This document shows, piece after piece, positions 48,382 through 61,959 of a DNA stretch of 64,000 nt. Location: positions 24,118,001 through 24,182,000 of the forward strand of contig NC_043008.1 in assembly GCF_006345805.1 (NCBI RefSeq), given 5' to 3'. The notes under the pieces were generated by a model. It did not search any database, was not told the origin of the DNA, and was given only the letters and a program-made list of their open reading frames with translations. The translations under genes and the position numbers were made by a program. How positions within the stretch are numbered: the stretch's first letter is position 1; every line of letters starts with the position of its first letter. Source of the DNA: Octopus sinensis (taxonomy: Eukaryota).

Positions 48382-50074
48382 TTTTTTATCTCGCAAGGCC
48401 TAAATTCCCCATAGGAAAGGGTAGCAACAAGACACACACAAGGCATTCCATTCATTTCCAAGCTCAAATTCCTGTCCTATGCTCGGGTGAAGGCATAGAA
48501 AGCAATCCCCGATATCAGCAGCGGGCCTGGCAGCACATGCTGGTTTACCCTGCCGCGTCATGCTAGTTCCGCACCCCTTTGAACAACGTCCACAAACTTT
48601 CCAAGCTTTCCTATCATTAATAAACTCACTTGCCTCACTCACTCCAACACCTCTAACCACCAAAGCTTTCCTAACTCCATCCATCCATCCATACAAACTG
48701 AGGTCTGCTTCTAGTTCTGCTCCCTACCACTTATGCCTTCATCACCCTCCTTACCGTCCGCTCCTCATCCATCTTCTCCATGTGGTCAAACCACCGCAAA
48801 ATTCGTCCATCGATTCTGGTTCACATCTTGATATAATCCTGTTGAATGTAAGTCTTCGTTGCAAAGAATTTGCTCAAGTTCATTGCAGTAAATTACAGAT
48901 TCCACCAAGACAGTACCATCAAGCAGGCAGTTATCAAGTTTATTTTCTCTCACCCCCTCCTTGCCTTCGCACCTTCTCATTCCTCATCCTGTCCATCATA
49001 GCCCTCAAACATCTCATCTCAAACACATCTATCGACTCTTTTTTGCCTCTCTCAGACCCTTCATCTCTATATCATATAACATTGTCGGCACAATCACGCC
49101 CTCATACACACCTCTTTTCGCTTTCATACTCAACCTTTCATCTCTCAACATACCTTTCACAACTCCAAATATCTTACTCTCCTCCCTCACTCTATATCTC
49201 ACCTCTTCAGCCCATCCTCTAACGTCTAACCATTTATACTCACATTCATCCTACCAGCCATTCCATCTCTCGAACATTTCATCACCTTACTCTTAGCTAC
49301 ATTCACTTTCAGTTTCCTCTTCTCACACCCTCTTCCAAGCTCTATCACCAGTCTCCTCTGTTGCTCTTCCGACTCCGCCACCAGTGCTGTATCATCAGCA
49401 AACAACAACTGACTCACCTGTCGTTTCTCTCCATTTTCTCCCACCATTTGGGTTCCCCTACCAAAGGTTCTAGCATTCACCTATCTCACCACACCATCAA
49501 TATATAGATTAAACAGCTACGGAGACATCATACAACCCTGTCGTAACCCCACCGGTACATTAAACTACTCACTTACTTCAATCCCACCCTAACACACGCC
49601 CTACTTTCTCTATAGAGACTCTGTACAGCTGTCAACAATCTACCATCTACTCCATACAACCGCAACACCTGCCACGCGGCCATATGCCTTTTCTAGGTCC
49701 ATAAAGGCCTAATATACATCCCTCCCTTTTGCCAAAAACTGCCCACACATATGCCTTACGACAAAGATCTGATCTGCACACCCACTTCCACTCCTAAAAC
49801 CGCGCTGCACCTCCCCTAGTACATTCTCTGTCTGGTTCCTCATCAGAATTCTCCCATACAGTTTACTAACCACACACAACAGACCTATTTCCCTAAAATT
49901 TTCACACTCACATTTATCCCCTTTTCCCTTGTACAGTGGCACTATACAGGCACTGCACCAGTCCTTTGGTACTCTTCCATCCATATAACAAACATTCATA
50001 AGCTTCACTAATCATTCAACCACTGCCACTCATCTTTTCTGTACACCCCTCTATACCTGGTGTATCTATTAACA
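48382..50074 (-). mobile_element. 5'-truncated RTE-clade LINE with 9-bp TSD GTAATAGAT
   Basis: VPKDWCSACIVPLYKGKGD..QRGFRSGSGCADQIF (49709-50008); QLLFADDTALVAESEE..LKVNVAKSKVM (49226-49480); LRWFDHMEKM..RP.FVWMDGV. The TSD is at 48373-48381 and 50075-50083. Confidence 0.9.
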
Positions 50075-51739
50075 GTAATAGATATGTGCCGGATTTTAGA
50101 AAATGAGCAATTTCATAATTTCAGTCAAACACAAATGTAGACAAAAATATATGTGAGAGAGATTCGAACAAAAATTTTCAGACTGTGTGTAAAGGAAAAT
50201 TCCATAAAACGCGCAAAGGAACACTATTTATTTGTTATAGAAAAATCGGATATAGAGAAAAGCCATTTCAATATAACTACAAAGATATAAGAAAGAAACA
50301 ACCTTTTTCAACTATTTATTGCTAAAATAGTGTTTACACGTGACATTCGATATGTCTATATAAAGTTTATTGAGGTACGTAGGCTGTAAATGTACTTATA
50401 ATTATTGGATATGAAAGGAAAGAAGCTACTGATGTAAAAAGAAACATATAAAGAGAATTCATTAAAAGAAAAACATGTGCGTACGTGCATATGTCTACAT
50501 GTGTGTGTTCACATATCTCTAGACAATAACAAAGTAGCATGAATGAAGTAGACTCTAGAATTTGTGTCTACCCTTATAGCCTTTTCTATTTATCACCGAA
50601 GAATCTATTAATGTATTATAAATAGCCACAGAAGCATAATTAATACCAAAAGGCAATCTTTATGTTCACATTAACGAGGATATTTTGTTTAAACACAGAA
50701 TATCGTGATATTTACCTTGAAAGAACCTTTCATATGCATTAGCGGTGCATAAAAGCATTCGTATTTATAGCATTGACAGACGAGAATCGCCTGCTACCGC
50801 TGCCGGAACTTGCGACATCAGTGCCTGAAACGACACTGAAATTCTATATATCGTTCAGTGATATTCGGCCTTTATGTTGCTACCGGATGTCTACAACTGA
50901 GGAGTCCAAAACTGGGCAAAATTACGAGACCTGTCAGTTCTGCGTGCGTTCGTGTTCTTGCGTCAGTGTTTTTGATGCTGTTTCCACGTGTAACTATGTA
51001 TGTTTTTGTTTGTACGTGAGGGATGAAAGAAATAATTCGTAGACATAGCGAAAGCAACTTGGGAGCAACAATTTAAGCAAACAAAATTAAATTCCATAGC
51101 AATAATATAAAAGCATATAAAAAATAATAAATTGAACAAGATATGTGGAAAATAATCTATGGCAAATATATTAAATGAAATATAGATATTCTATATATAT
51201 CATTTCCATAAGTCTATGCTTTAAAAGTGTTGTAAAATTATACAGATATGGTATATAGTGATCACTGAGAACATCACTGTTTTTTAAGCATTCTGGAGTT
51301 GCCATACTATCAAAACCATTGAAATCAACTGAGATCAATCTAACATGCTATCTCTTTATGCATAACATCTATACACGCGAAGCATTGAACTCTCAAACTC
51401 AGATGGTAATCATTAAATTCAGAAACGGGCTACAGTAATAGGATTAAATATTCTGCGGATATAAAGAAAATATTTCTTCGTAGAGAGATAGGTTAGCAAT
51501 GGGTTCAATGAAATAGAAACAATTCAAATTTTCAACTCATCCCAGTAGATCCATTGGCTTTAAAATTAGCGACAACTCTGGCATGTATAAAACATAGCTA
51601 CACATTCATACTGCTAAATTTCTCACATTCATAACAGAAGGATATTTATTGGCTATTTTGAAAGAATGCATCTTAATTTATTTAGTACACGTAATTTCCC
51701 TATAATATAATATATTAAAAATGCGCGCGCTACAAACAC

Positions 51740-51810
51740 ATATATACGTATGCATACATACATACATACATACATACATACATACATACATACATACATA
51801 CATACATACA
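51740..51810. repeat. (TACA)n microsatellite
   Basis: Direct reading. Confidence 0.95.
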
Positions 51811-52584
51811 TTTTGGAACTGAGGCATCACCATTTCCAGGCAATTATATTAAAAGGGAACATTAAATGTGGTATTTAATAAGCTTACAACAAATAAAACG
51901 CTTGCTTATTACCATGAAGTAACGGAAACTTAACAAAAAGAAAGGAGAGACACTTAGAACAGAGATAAATTTTTCAAAACGATATATGCATAAAAATATG
52001 CATGTATTAAAAATCCGTATTTATACAAAAATGTAAACATGATGACACTTGCATACTTGTATAAAATCTCAAGAGTAAAAATTCTAGGTATTCAAGTTTT
52101 CTGAACATTCGACGAAAAATAATATATATAATGCTATTTCAATCAGCCTGCACATAATTACAAAGTATATACTTCTAGATCTATCTATGACAGCATAACT
52201 TCTCACATTGTTAGTTTTATCTGTAGATATCTGGAAAAAATTTCGATAATTTCACTTTTATAGCTTGCATTTGAACTGAAAATTGTGCTGAGTAATCGAC
52301 AGTTGACTATGCTGTTTCTTGAAGAAAACTAATACTGCCTGTAAAGATGTGCGGATTTTTTTCCGTCAATGTGTATGTTCATAGAAGCAAACTTTAAAGA
52401 AACTATTGCCTAATACAATAAAATTACACAGTTCTTATCTGTTTGCTGTTTGGCACATCATATTCAAATTTATGAAATAAAATTAACCTCAACTGGCAAA
52501 TGTTTGGTGAAAGACCAGATGCCAAGCACACACACTCACACATGTATTTCCAATATAATTTTTAAAAATACAAGTTTCTAATGG

Positions 52585-52653
52585 ACTTCCGGTAACGCAT
52601 GCACAGCCAGGGCGAAGTGTCCATTATCGGATTACAGTTTAGGTGCATGCGCA
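52585..52653. promoter_or_regulatory. Candidate ETS (ACTTCCGGT) plus NRF1-like (CGCATGCAC, TGCATGCGCA) motif cluster
   Basis: Motif matches only, in a small GC-richer patch of non-repeat-looking DNA; no linked gene is seen. Confidence 0.25.
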
Positions 52654-52965
52654 AATACAAGTGACCTAAACTTTGAATTTCTACCTGTATATGTAAGTAT
52701 GTATATATATATATAGTTAATTAAAATAATCGAACAATAAAATTAACAATAACAGATAAGAGGACGTGCACAAGGAATGTTTTAGTTTGGCGCTTAGTAA
52801 AGAGAGAGTTTTTGACGTTTCGAGCATAACTCTATATTACATCAAAATATCTGCTCCCTCCAACTATTAAACTAGGTATCAGTTTCTCGAGGTATATTGA
52901 ATATATATACGTAAATATATACGTATTTATGTCTGTATGTGTGTGTGTCTGTGTGCGTATATATA

Positions 52966-53003
<38 letters not shown>

Positions 53004-53241
53004 GTATGTATTTATATATACATGCATATATACGTGTGTGTGTGTGTGTGTCTGTGTATATCTATCTATCTATCTATCTATCTATAAATTAAAACAGATT
53101 AGGAGATCGAAAATCCACCTGACGAATGTCATTGAAGACATGAAACGATTGTAGTGGCGGTTTATTTCTTTATATTAAAAATTTTATGTATTGATTAAGT
53201 CTTTCCTTGTTTGTTTTGCAAAATAGTGGTTTTGTCTCGAA

Positions 53242-53274
<33 letters not shown>

Positions 53275-53684
53275 AGGTGGCTAGACGAAATTTTAAACTA
53301 AAAGGGAAATAATTCACCGTCACTAAATGTGACCAAGGGTGCAGTGAGCACTGGCGTTGCAAGAAATAAGGGTCACAAACTCTTTAGCCACATAAACAAC
53401 ATGTTTTATTTGAATTGACAGGGGAGGCAACCTCTCCACAGCAAACGAGCTGCATTAGATTAGTATGCTATTTTCGTATATAAATTAATACTCATCAGTA
53501 ATGCACACTTCATTGTTGGCAGTGAAACTGAATTCTCGCTTGTTAGTATTATAGAAAATACCATAGGAATCAATTGCTGAGTTCACAAAATGGTAGTGTG
53601 AAAATTATGAAATAATTAAGGCGGGTAGACCCAATTCTAAACTAAAAAGGAAATAATCCACCGACGGTAGAAGTAACCAAGGAT

Positions 53685-53685
53685 G

Positions 53686-53771
<86 letters not shown>

Positions 53772-54048
53772 TATAAATGTATATATGTATATGTACATAT
53801 ATATATGTGTGTGTGTGTGTATGTATGTCATTATTCAGTTTATTTCAAGATTTCTTGCCAATAGAGAAACAACCGGTTTCTAACCTAGATCCAAGGCTCC
53901 TTCATTGGAGTTTCAACATCAACAACAGGGGATTTTTGTATGCTATGCATGTATGTATGTATGTATGTATGTATGTATGTATGTATGTATGTAGGTATGT
54001 ATGTATGTATGTATGTATGTATGTATGTATGTATGTATGTATGTATAA
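53685..54048. repeat. (TA)n, (TG)n and (TATG)n microsatellites around a short interspersed repeat
   Basis: Direct reading. Confidence 0.9.
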
Positions 54049-54949
54049 TATGTAGAAAAACGCATCATCTTCATGGATTTAACAGAGAGTGTTAGTAACA
54101 TTGCAGTTAGATGCATGCATTTGTCTACACTTGTGTAATATGAACATAAAGAGTTACGCTAGAAAACGATTAGAGAATCCTAATATTTATTTAGAGTAAC
54201 ATCGTTTCATTCCGAACCTGATAAAACTACCTATTTTAAGTTTCTTAATAGAAAGCTAATGATAACTCCAAATACAAACTCTGTCTAACCTAATCCATGT
54301 TACTAACTTTAAACAATATTTTGTGAACCCTAAAGTAGCTCAAGAACCGACTTTATATACAAAGTATATCGTAACTTAGATATGACAAATTTGTTTACTT
54401 CATTACTTCCATACATGACTGAACCTGAACGATAACAAAATTCCCATTTTAAACCAAAATAACTCTCTTCATCATACTTTTCTATCAATCCACACCCTAC
54501 AAACACATACTTCTAGTTCTCACATTCCTGTATAACCACTTTCCTTACCTACATACACCACCTGCACTAATTCTGCCTCACACTTCATACACCAAAACAT
54601 CAACCTACCAAAGACCATATAAAACTCGAAAGAACCATAATAAATCACATACTAAAACTTCGAAGTAACTGTAAATACTTCCTTGTTAAAATTAACATAC
54701 GTTTGTGTTTGTATATATACATACAAATATACATACACTTATACTTGTGTGTGTGTGTTTATGCTGTGACCGATAATGTGCCATAAACCATAACCTAGCA
54801 GTTTGGCAAATGGCTTAGATAAATATTCTGCCAGACTAAGTTAAGTTCTGGGGTGCATACGACAGACTAAACACTTGTGTGCGTGTTTTAGAATAGCCAC
54901 AGCCTATCGATTGTCGTAAATGAATAAAAGAATGAAGTAGAAACATGCA

Positions 54950-55400
54950 GAAAAACACACCACTTATACACTTGTATACACAAGTGTGCAGAAATGCTTG
55001 CATGTGCCTCTCAGTGTCTCATCTCCGGGGTTGGAGTGTTTTCATTTTAGTAAGCTAAAAGAAATACAACGTCAATTCTGGGATATTGTATTAATAAAAA
55101 TTGGTTCCAGTTCTCTAGTTCTGGAGGAATCGATTGAAGACATTCTTTTATCTTCTAGTCTATTCACCTTACTTTTCTCCTGATCTTTGATTGTTTAGCT
55201 CTCTTCAAATATCTTACATGTTATTCAGTTGCTTCTGCTCTTTTGCTTCGAGAATGAATTACATTATCCCACCTTCTTTGAAACATATTGAACGTTAATC
55301 TATTAAGTTTTCTCAGTATTACTGTCCAACCGTTCCAGATTAATTTTATAACTGTCTATAAATATTATTACTCATTCATTATAGCGAGTGCAGCTGTGTC
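54950..55400 (-). mobile_element. Possible very degraded R4/Dong-like fragment
   Basis: Traces RAEATE.HVRYLKRAKQ and RELEPI..NPGDETL.GTCKHF resemble pre-RT motifs; heavily broken. Confidence 0.3.
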
Positions 55401-56399
55401 ATAAGGATGTATTTGTAAACCCATTCTGCAACGCATTTAAACACCACGTATATCCCTAACTTCCCGTTCCTCTAAATCTAGCATTTTAGCAATTCGAAAG
55501 TAAACATAGTTTCATAATCCTTATCTGGTGTTTTCTTAAACGGAAGAGCACTCACATGTGTAAATTTTCTAAAGCTATCTCAGTGCTTTTATAACATTTC
55601 GGAGAAAGGCAGAAACAATATGCAATACTATTTGTTGGTCAAAGAATTTGTTTCGTTGTACGATGGGTATTAGTAAAGCACTATGCAAAATAAAAACTCT
55701 TCGTGAATATGGCAAGCATAATTTCTGTGCATGTATTGACATAATCCAAGCCATGTAACAAATAGAATCTCTCATTGAATTGAGCTATGGCCGTAAACTG
55801 GTTAATGTGATGCTAGATATGAAATCGTTGAAATTCTCAAAACTCTCTAGAGATATGAAATGCAAAATTTTTCTCTCATTTAACCAGTAAGACCAGCGAA
55901 AAATGCATTATTAACGATTAGTTTAAACGGAATCATTAATGCACTTTTTCTTCACATGCTTTTTAATATTTCTGTTAGTATTAATATCACCTCTATGAGA
56001 GTTCAGGGTAGATCAGCTATCTGTCCAAACACTTGTCAGTTATGCGCCATATAAGAAAACATGGTTTCGATTACTACTGCATCCTCACGTTTTAATTGCC
56101 TCTCAATTTATATCTCGCTAAAATAGAAATACTCCTACACACAATTATATACATCCATACAAACACACACAAAAGTACATACATATATGTATGTATGCAT
56201 GAATGTATGTATATATCTATATATCGTCGGTAATGACCGAAAAATAATGCATCGAACAAAACTACTTTGCTATTTATAGATCCATTCGGTTTATTCGGGT
56301 GTCGATAAGGTGTTGGCCTTGAGTGTTACTAATCCAATGAATGTAATCAATAAAACAATAAAATATTCTACACCTCATTTACAAGTGTATCCACTTATT

Positions 56400-57230
56400 G
56401 AACTGCCAACATTTTAATAACCGTTCCGCTCAACTGCACAAAATTTAACTGGTTTAACAATCGCCCAGATTTTTAAGCACGCATTTTGTAGAAAATGACG
56501 CATTTTACTCTGCCAGAAATTTGGAAACAACATGCTGTGCTGCTTGGTATTCGTGCCGGAAGCTCCAATACGGACATTTCAGAGTGTTTGGGTATCAATC
56601 TGAGGACATGTACCGAGAGTGATAAAAACCAATCCAGTCAACATAATGGTGTTTGGATTGATCACTAGCGATGGCAACGTTATACCTCCATTCATCTTCC
56701 TACAAGGTCTCAAACATAATATGGAAGCCTACATCGAGTGCCTGGAGGAGGTAATGCCGCTCTAGGTCAAGATGATGGCTGCTGGAATACCCTATGTCTG
56801 GCAACAGGACTCTGCACCATGCCACACAAGCAAGAGAACCCAGTCATGACTGTCAGACAATTTCTGCGACCACACCACCCCTAACATCTGGCCACCTATC
56901 TCCCCAGTCAACAACCCCCTTGATTATTGTGGGTGGGGGGCGCAGTTGAGCGAGAGACTAATAAAACTCCTTGTAGCGCCAAAGATGAACTAAAGGCAAG
57001 GATTATGGCAGCATTCACCAACTTAACAAGGAGACCGTCCAGAAGAGTTGCAGGAGATTCTGAAGTCGTCGGGAAGCCGTAGTTGAAGTCAATGGCGATT
57101 TTATTGAATATATTTACTCTTTATATTTCAAGATATTTTAATGTAATTTTGGTAAATATATCTGTTAAAATGAGATGTCAGTTTTATTTTCATAGTTGTA
57201 TAATTCAGATGACAGTTTATTCATCGCACC

Positions 57231-57233
<3 letters not shown>
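56400..57233 (+). mobile_element. DD37D (maT-type) Tc1/mariner relic, internally deleted
   Basis: N-terminus MTHFTLPEIWKQHAVLLGIRAG (ATG 56495). Catalytic part MVFGLITSDG..PYVWQQDSAPCHTS..IWPP.SP..NPLDY, with 37 residues between the last two Asp. Right TIR gacagtttattcatcgcaccctg|TA. The left boundary is approximate. Confidence 0.85.
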
Positions 57234-57277
<44 letters not shown>

Positions 57278-57439
57278 CACACACATATTCTTTTATTCTT
57301 CTACTAGTTTCTCGCCTTCTCTTACCTTCATAGTTGGGAGCAGTAATCCAGACCACTGAGGACAAATGTCCCCCCTAGGAGTAGCAAGGTATCTATATGT
57401 CTAATTCTGAATAATCTAAGAGTCCATCCAGCTACTCGC

Positions 57440-58620
57440 CTGCACAGCGTTGCCACCCCGGTAATATGCACATTAAATGTTGCACCACTACTAAATTTGT
57501 GTTAATTCCATGGTGAAAAAGTTGTTTGGTTTTGATGAGAAGAATAAACACAGGTCAGTTTCGACTTCCTTGGGGCTTTTGAGTACTAATCCATTTAAAT
57601 GATTCAGTAAGCTTCGAAACAAATGGTAATCAGAAGGAGCGAGGTTCGGACAATAAGGCGGAGGAGGGATTTTTTCCCAGCCAAGTTCTTCGATTAATTT
57701 TTTTTATGTATTCTTTGCAGTGTGGTGCCTTGCATTATCATGATGAAACACCACCCCCTTACGATTCACCGAAGTAGGCTTTTTTCTTCAAAGTAGCATC
57801 CAAGCACTCCAATTGTAATAGATATGAACAGTTATTGTTGCAAAGTGAATGACTCCAATGCAATCCCATCAAAGAAAAAGAAAATCTTTTTTACATGGAA
57901 GACTTTTTGACTTGTTTAACCTGTTCTCCACAACTAAAATGTTAAATGTTAAGCATCGCTTAACATTTTCATTAAAAAATACATTTTTCATCACCAATTA
58001 CTAATCTATCCAAAAACTTTTATTAACGTTTAATCCTGTATTTATATACAGGATTAAACTTTAACGATGAATTCCTTCCATCTTCCTATTAGTTTTTAAA
58101 ATTCTATTGGTGAAAAACTTGTTTTGGTTTTGATGAAAGGGAAGTGGGGGTTAGTTTCGACTTCTTTTGGGCTTTTGGGTACTAATTCACGTAAATAATT
58201 CAGTGAGATACGTTCACGAGAGTGAAGAGATGAGTAAATGTCAACTCCTGATTTTCGGTTGGCCTATGTCAAATCATTTTCCGACTTTGGGCGCCTTTCC
58301 AAGCTGTTGAAGAAGGCAGTGAACAGTTGAATGGCTTGAATTGAGCTTGCTTGCCAATTGTTCAATTGACACATCGTTACCTTCTTAAGGTCTGACAAAA
58401 GAAGCCCTTCATCAAATTCAACAGGGAGTCGTATTCGTGGAACCTCAGGTTGGAATCACCATTTTTCGACTTTACAAACAATCTTCTGCAACTTCTTTCG
58501 TTCAAACAACATGAATAATTCCGTTTGCTTCTGTTGCACTGTTTCTTTTTTTGAACTCAAATGCTCCTTCGATACATCCATCTTTGAGAAGTTTATGTTA
58601 GTAAATAATTCGGTCAGATT
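57440..58620 (-). mobile_element. Degenerate mariner transposase with an ectopic copy of its C-terminal segment
   Basis: MDVSKEH..NSATEA..LASKLNSSHSTVH..; FLDRLVIGDEK; VNRKGVVFHHDNARHHTA..PPY.PNLAPSDYHLFRSLLNHLNG..FFSSKP. Confidence 0.8.
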
Positions 58621-59029
58621 ATTTTGTAAAAAGAAATCCTGTCACGTTAAAGGTTTCCAAATTCATATGAGTATCAATCAATACATTTTGACATTTTAGA
58701 ATACTGTAAATAATTTAATAGAAATTACATATATGATATTCGGACAATGTTTATGGGATGGCCTGAGAGCTGTTTTAAATTTTAAACGGTATTTGCGCTT
58801 AGTTTTTACACCTACAGTACAATCCTTTGTGTGGTGTAGATATAAGGTGTGGAGTTGGATCTATGGCTTAAATTAGATGTGGTACGTACATATATATACG
58901 GTATGCACTAACATTTGAATTTTAGGTCTCTGTTATCGCACCTAGCCGTTTCTGGCGTCCTACGAGTCGATCTGGTTCCATTCCTATGAATTCCTATAAG
59001 GTCACACGCACAAACACACACTCACATAC

Positions 59030-59037
59030 ACACATCT

Positions 59038-59078
<41 letters not shown>

Positions 59079-59079
59079 A

Positions 59080-59176
<97 letters not shown>

Positions 59177-59194
59177 GTACATATATATATATAC

Positions 59195-59247
<53 letters not shown>

Positions 59248-59265
59248 TATACACACACATATATA

Positions 59266-59319
<54 letters not shown>

Positions 59320-59350
59320 TACATGCATACACTACATACATACATATACA
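59030..59350. repeat. (CT)n-(TA)n compound microsatellite
   Basis: Direct reading. Confidence 0.96.
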
Positions 59351-59759
59351 TATGTTTGTCTTGGGGCATATATTTAAGATTTTATTTTAGCAGAATTCAA
59401 GCTGTTCACTAACAAGGAAGCAAGGTTTTTGTTCAAGACAAGATCGATTTTGGAGTTTGTGATTATCTGAATTTGTTGACGTTTGCATATGCGTACATGT
59501 GGGTGCAGATAAATTTACATTTGCGCTGTGTATGTGCGTGTCACGTTAGTACTCAAGTGTATGCGCTTCCTTATTGCTTATGCTTGTGTGTACATGTTTA
59601 TTCCATATCTATATGTAATTGTGTGCGTGTATTCGTATCCCATGCATCAATATTTTACGTATTGTACTTACAGCGATTTGTTGTTTATTCGAATGTTCTA
59701 ACTGTATTCTTTAGTCTTAAAGTTGTGGATACTTTCTAGTTCTGGTGTGCCTTTTGTAT

Positions 59760-61950
59760 TTCTTCATGACAATCCTTCCTGAATTTAGTGTTACGGATAG
59801 TCATAACGATAATGTCATGTCTCATAGGAAGGTAGTGTCTTGCGGACATTTTTCGACAACTGCTTATGATAGGAGAAATATCTTCCACACATGTCACAAT
59901 CAACACTTTCTATCACAGTCTAGAAGTGGAGACCAAAGAGATCGTTATCTCTCTTGCTGATCAGATATTTTATAGCTATTTCCTGTTCTTTGAAAGCATA
60001 GGCATAGCCTTCTCGGTGAGATGTGATTTAGTTATCACAGCTTGGAGCTGTGATAGCTAAATCAGGCTGTTTTTCTTGTCAATGTTGTTGGTCTTCTATA
60101 GCATGTGACGTAGGTACCCGTGCATAACTTCCTTTAGGTAGGATGAGTATTTCTCTGTTTATGTAGATCCGCCAAGCTACACTTGGTTCACAATGAACAG
60201 CTGTATACTCCGAGTACCCGTTCAAGAGTTCTCCGATAAATATTCTGATGATATTGCCATCCTGTTGAATATATACGGCATATACTAATTTCTCTCTTTA
60301 CTGTTCTGTAGGTGTTTACTAAACTGCGCGATGCGGCACCTAAATACTGTCCGGGTTGATCTTACATAGCTATCTCCATTCCACCGTTTAACATAGACCT
60401 TGTCAGTGTTGTTGTTGAGATGGAATCTACCTGTCATTGTTAGTATCTTTCTAGACCTGATATCCAAGCTGTGGGCCTCTTCAAATGTCTAGCTTATTAT
60501 CTCAAATGTTTGTACTAGCACTGGCTCAGCGAAAGTATCATGGGTTATGGTTTTATTGAATGCAGACAGCTGTGAATTCCATATCAGAATATGGAGTGCT
60601 GAAGTATTCTTTTGTCACTCTAGCTTTACTAATATGCGCAATATTCTCGTTCATTCCGAACTATTTGCAACATTCATCATTGGTGATAAGAGATAGACAG
60701 GTCATTAATATCCGCATCCCTTACTTGGTCGATAATCTTTCCTCATTTGACTACTAAATATGAAGGTTTGTCTTGACCAAAATCCATTCTTAGTTCTCAG
60801 AAGAATGTTGTGACCAATTCTGTCTCTTCATGCCGGATATATTACACGAATACAGCCTAAAGTCATCAGCAACAATTATGAGAGCCACATTAATTTTTCT
60901 TCCGTCTGTAGATTCTATCACGTAACCTTTGTCATCCAGAATTTTTTTTTTTTATAGCCTAATTCTGTTAGTGACTATAGTGGAAGCTTCAGATCGATAG
61001 CTTTGTGGCCATATTATTGTCAGTCTCTTAGTGACATGCACTATAGCAGTTAGAACCTCGGCAAAGTGTTGTGATGCTCTTATTTATGAGTTAGGAGGAC
61101 AGTCAAACGCCTCGCATTCAAACAAAACAGTCAAAAGGATTCAGCGATGCTGTTTCGTTTCTTTCAGGACAACTTTGTAGGAGAAATGTTCACCATACCC
61201 CAAGCTTCCTCTATGACCTCTTGCCTATCAGTCTTCATATTGTTTTGTACTGATCCTTGGGCAATGCATTCAAACAACTTGTGTATATTTTATACCTCAC
61301 ATTTACTCACGCTGTGAGGCAGTAGGTTTTGGCCATATACGTTTTCTGCTTTCCCTCTACTAGTGTTGTATGATCAACTGCCAACCAATCTGGCAAATCA
61401 ATTTCAATATTCATAGAAAAAGTTATCGAGGGCTACTCTGTAGAACATGAGATTTTGGTACCAATAACTGACTATCAGGTCCTTTCCCAGTAACTTTCCA
61501 TTCAGTACTATTGATTTTATAAGTTTTGGGAGAGACGTTTGCACGGAACTTATTCATGTGACCACGTTGCATCTCGATTGTGATTGTTTACATTCCACAT
61601 GCCTCTCAAAAATTACTCTAGATCAATCCGAGGAAGGACCTGTACAACCTTCGTAGTACACAGTGATAAATCGCTTATAGGTTAAATTCAAATTTGCTTT
61701 TGATGGTTTTGCGTTCTACTACTTCACTTAGCGGTTGCTGTCTGTAATCCAATTGTCCATTAGTGCCTCTTATTGACAGTCCCCACAGGTCTTAAATAAT
61801 TTATCATGAAGTTGCAATTGGTGGCTCGTGAATTTTTATCCACTTTACGTTTAATGATAATATCCAGCTGTATAATATTTTCCTCAACTCTGTCTAAATT
61901 TGTCAGGAAGGAGTTAAAACATTTTGTATTCTTTATTGTCGTTAAAATCG
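59760..61950 (-). mobile_element. Degraded R4/Dong-like retrotransposon (RT, post-RT and CCHC regions)
   Basis: Traces: NYRP; AFDCPPNS.I; VADDFRLYS; DIRSRKILTMTGRFH..DKVYVKR (60285-60467); GYAYAFKEQEI..KC..EDIS.IISSC.KMSARHYLPMRHD. Confidence 0.75.
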
Positions 61951-61959
61951 ATCTTTGTA

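Noticed and set aside
48560-49296. 220-aa and 111-aa plus-strand ORFs
   Set aside because: Antisense shadows of the minus-strand RTE ORF2. Plus-strand ORFs at 37657-40563 are likewise shadows of the Tx1-like element.
55575-55775. 66-aa ORF, possible GPCR-like exon
   Set aside because: No family motif and no splice or context support.
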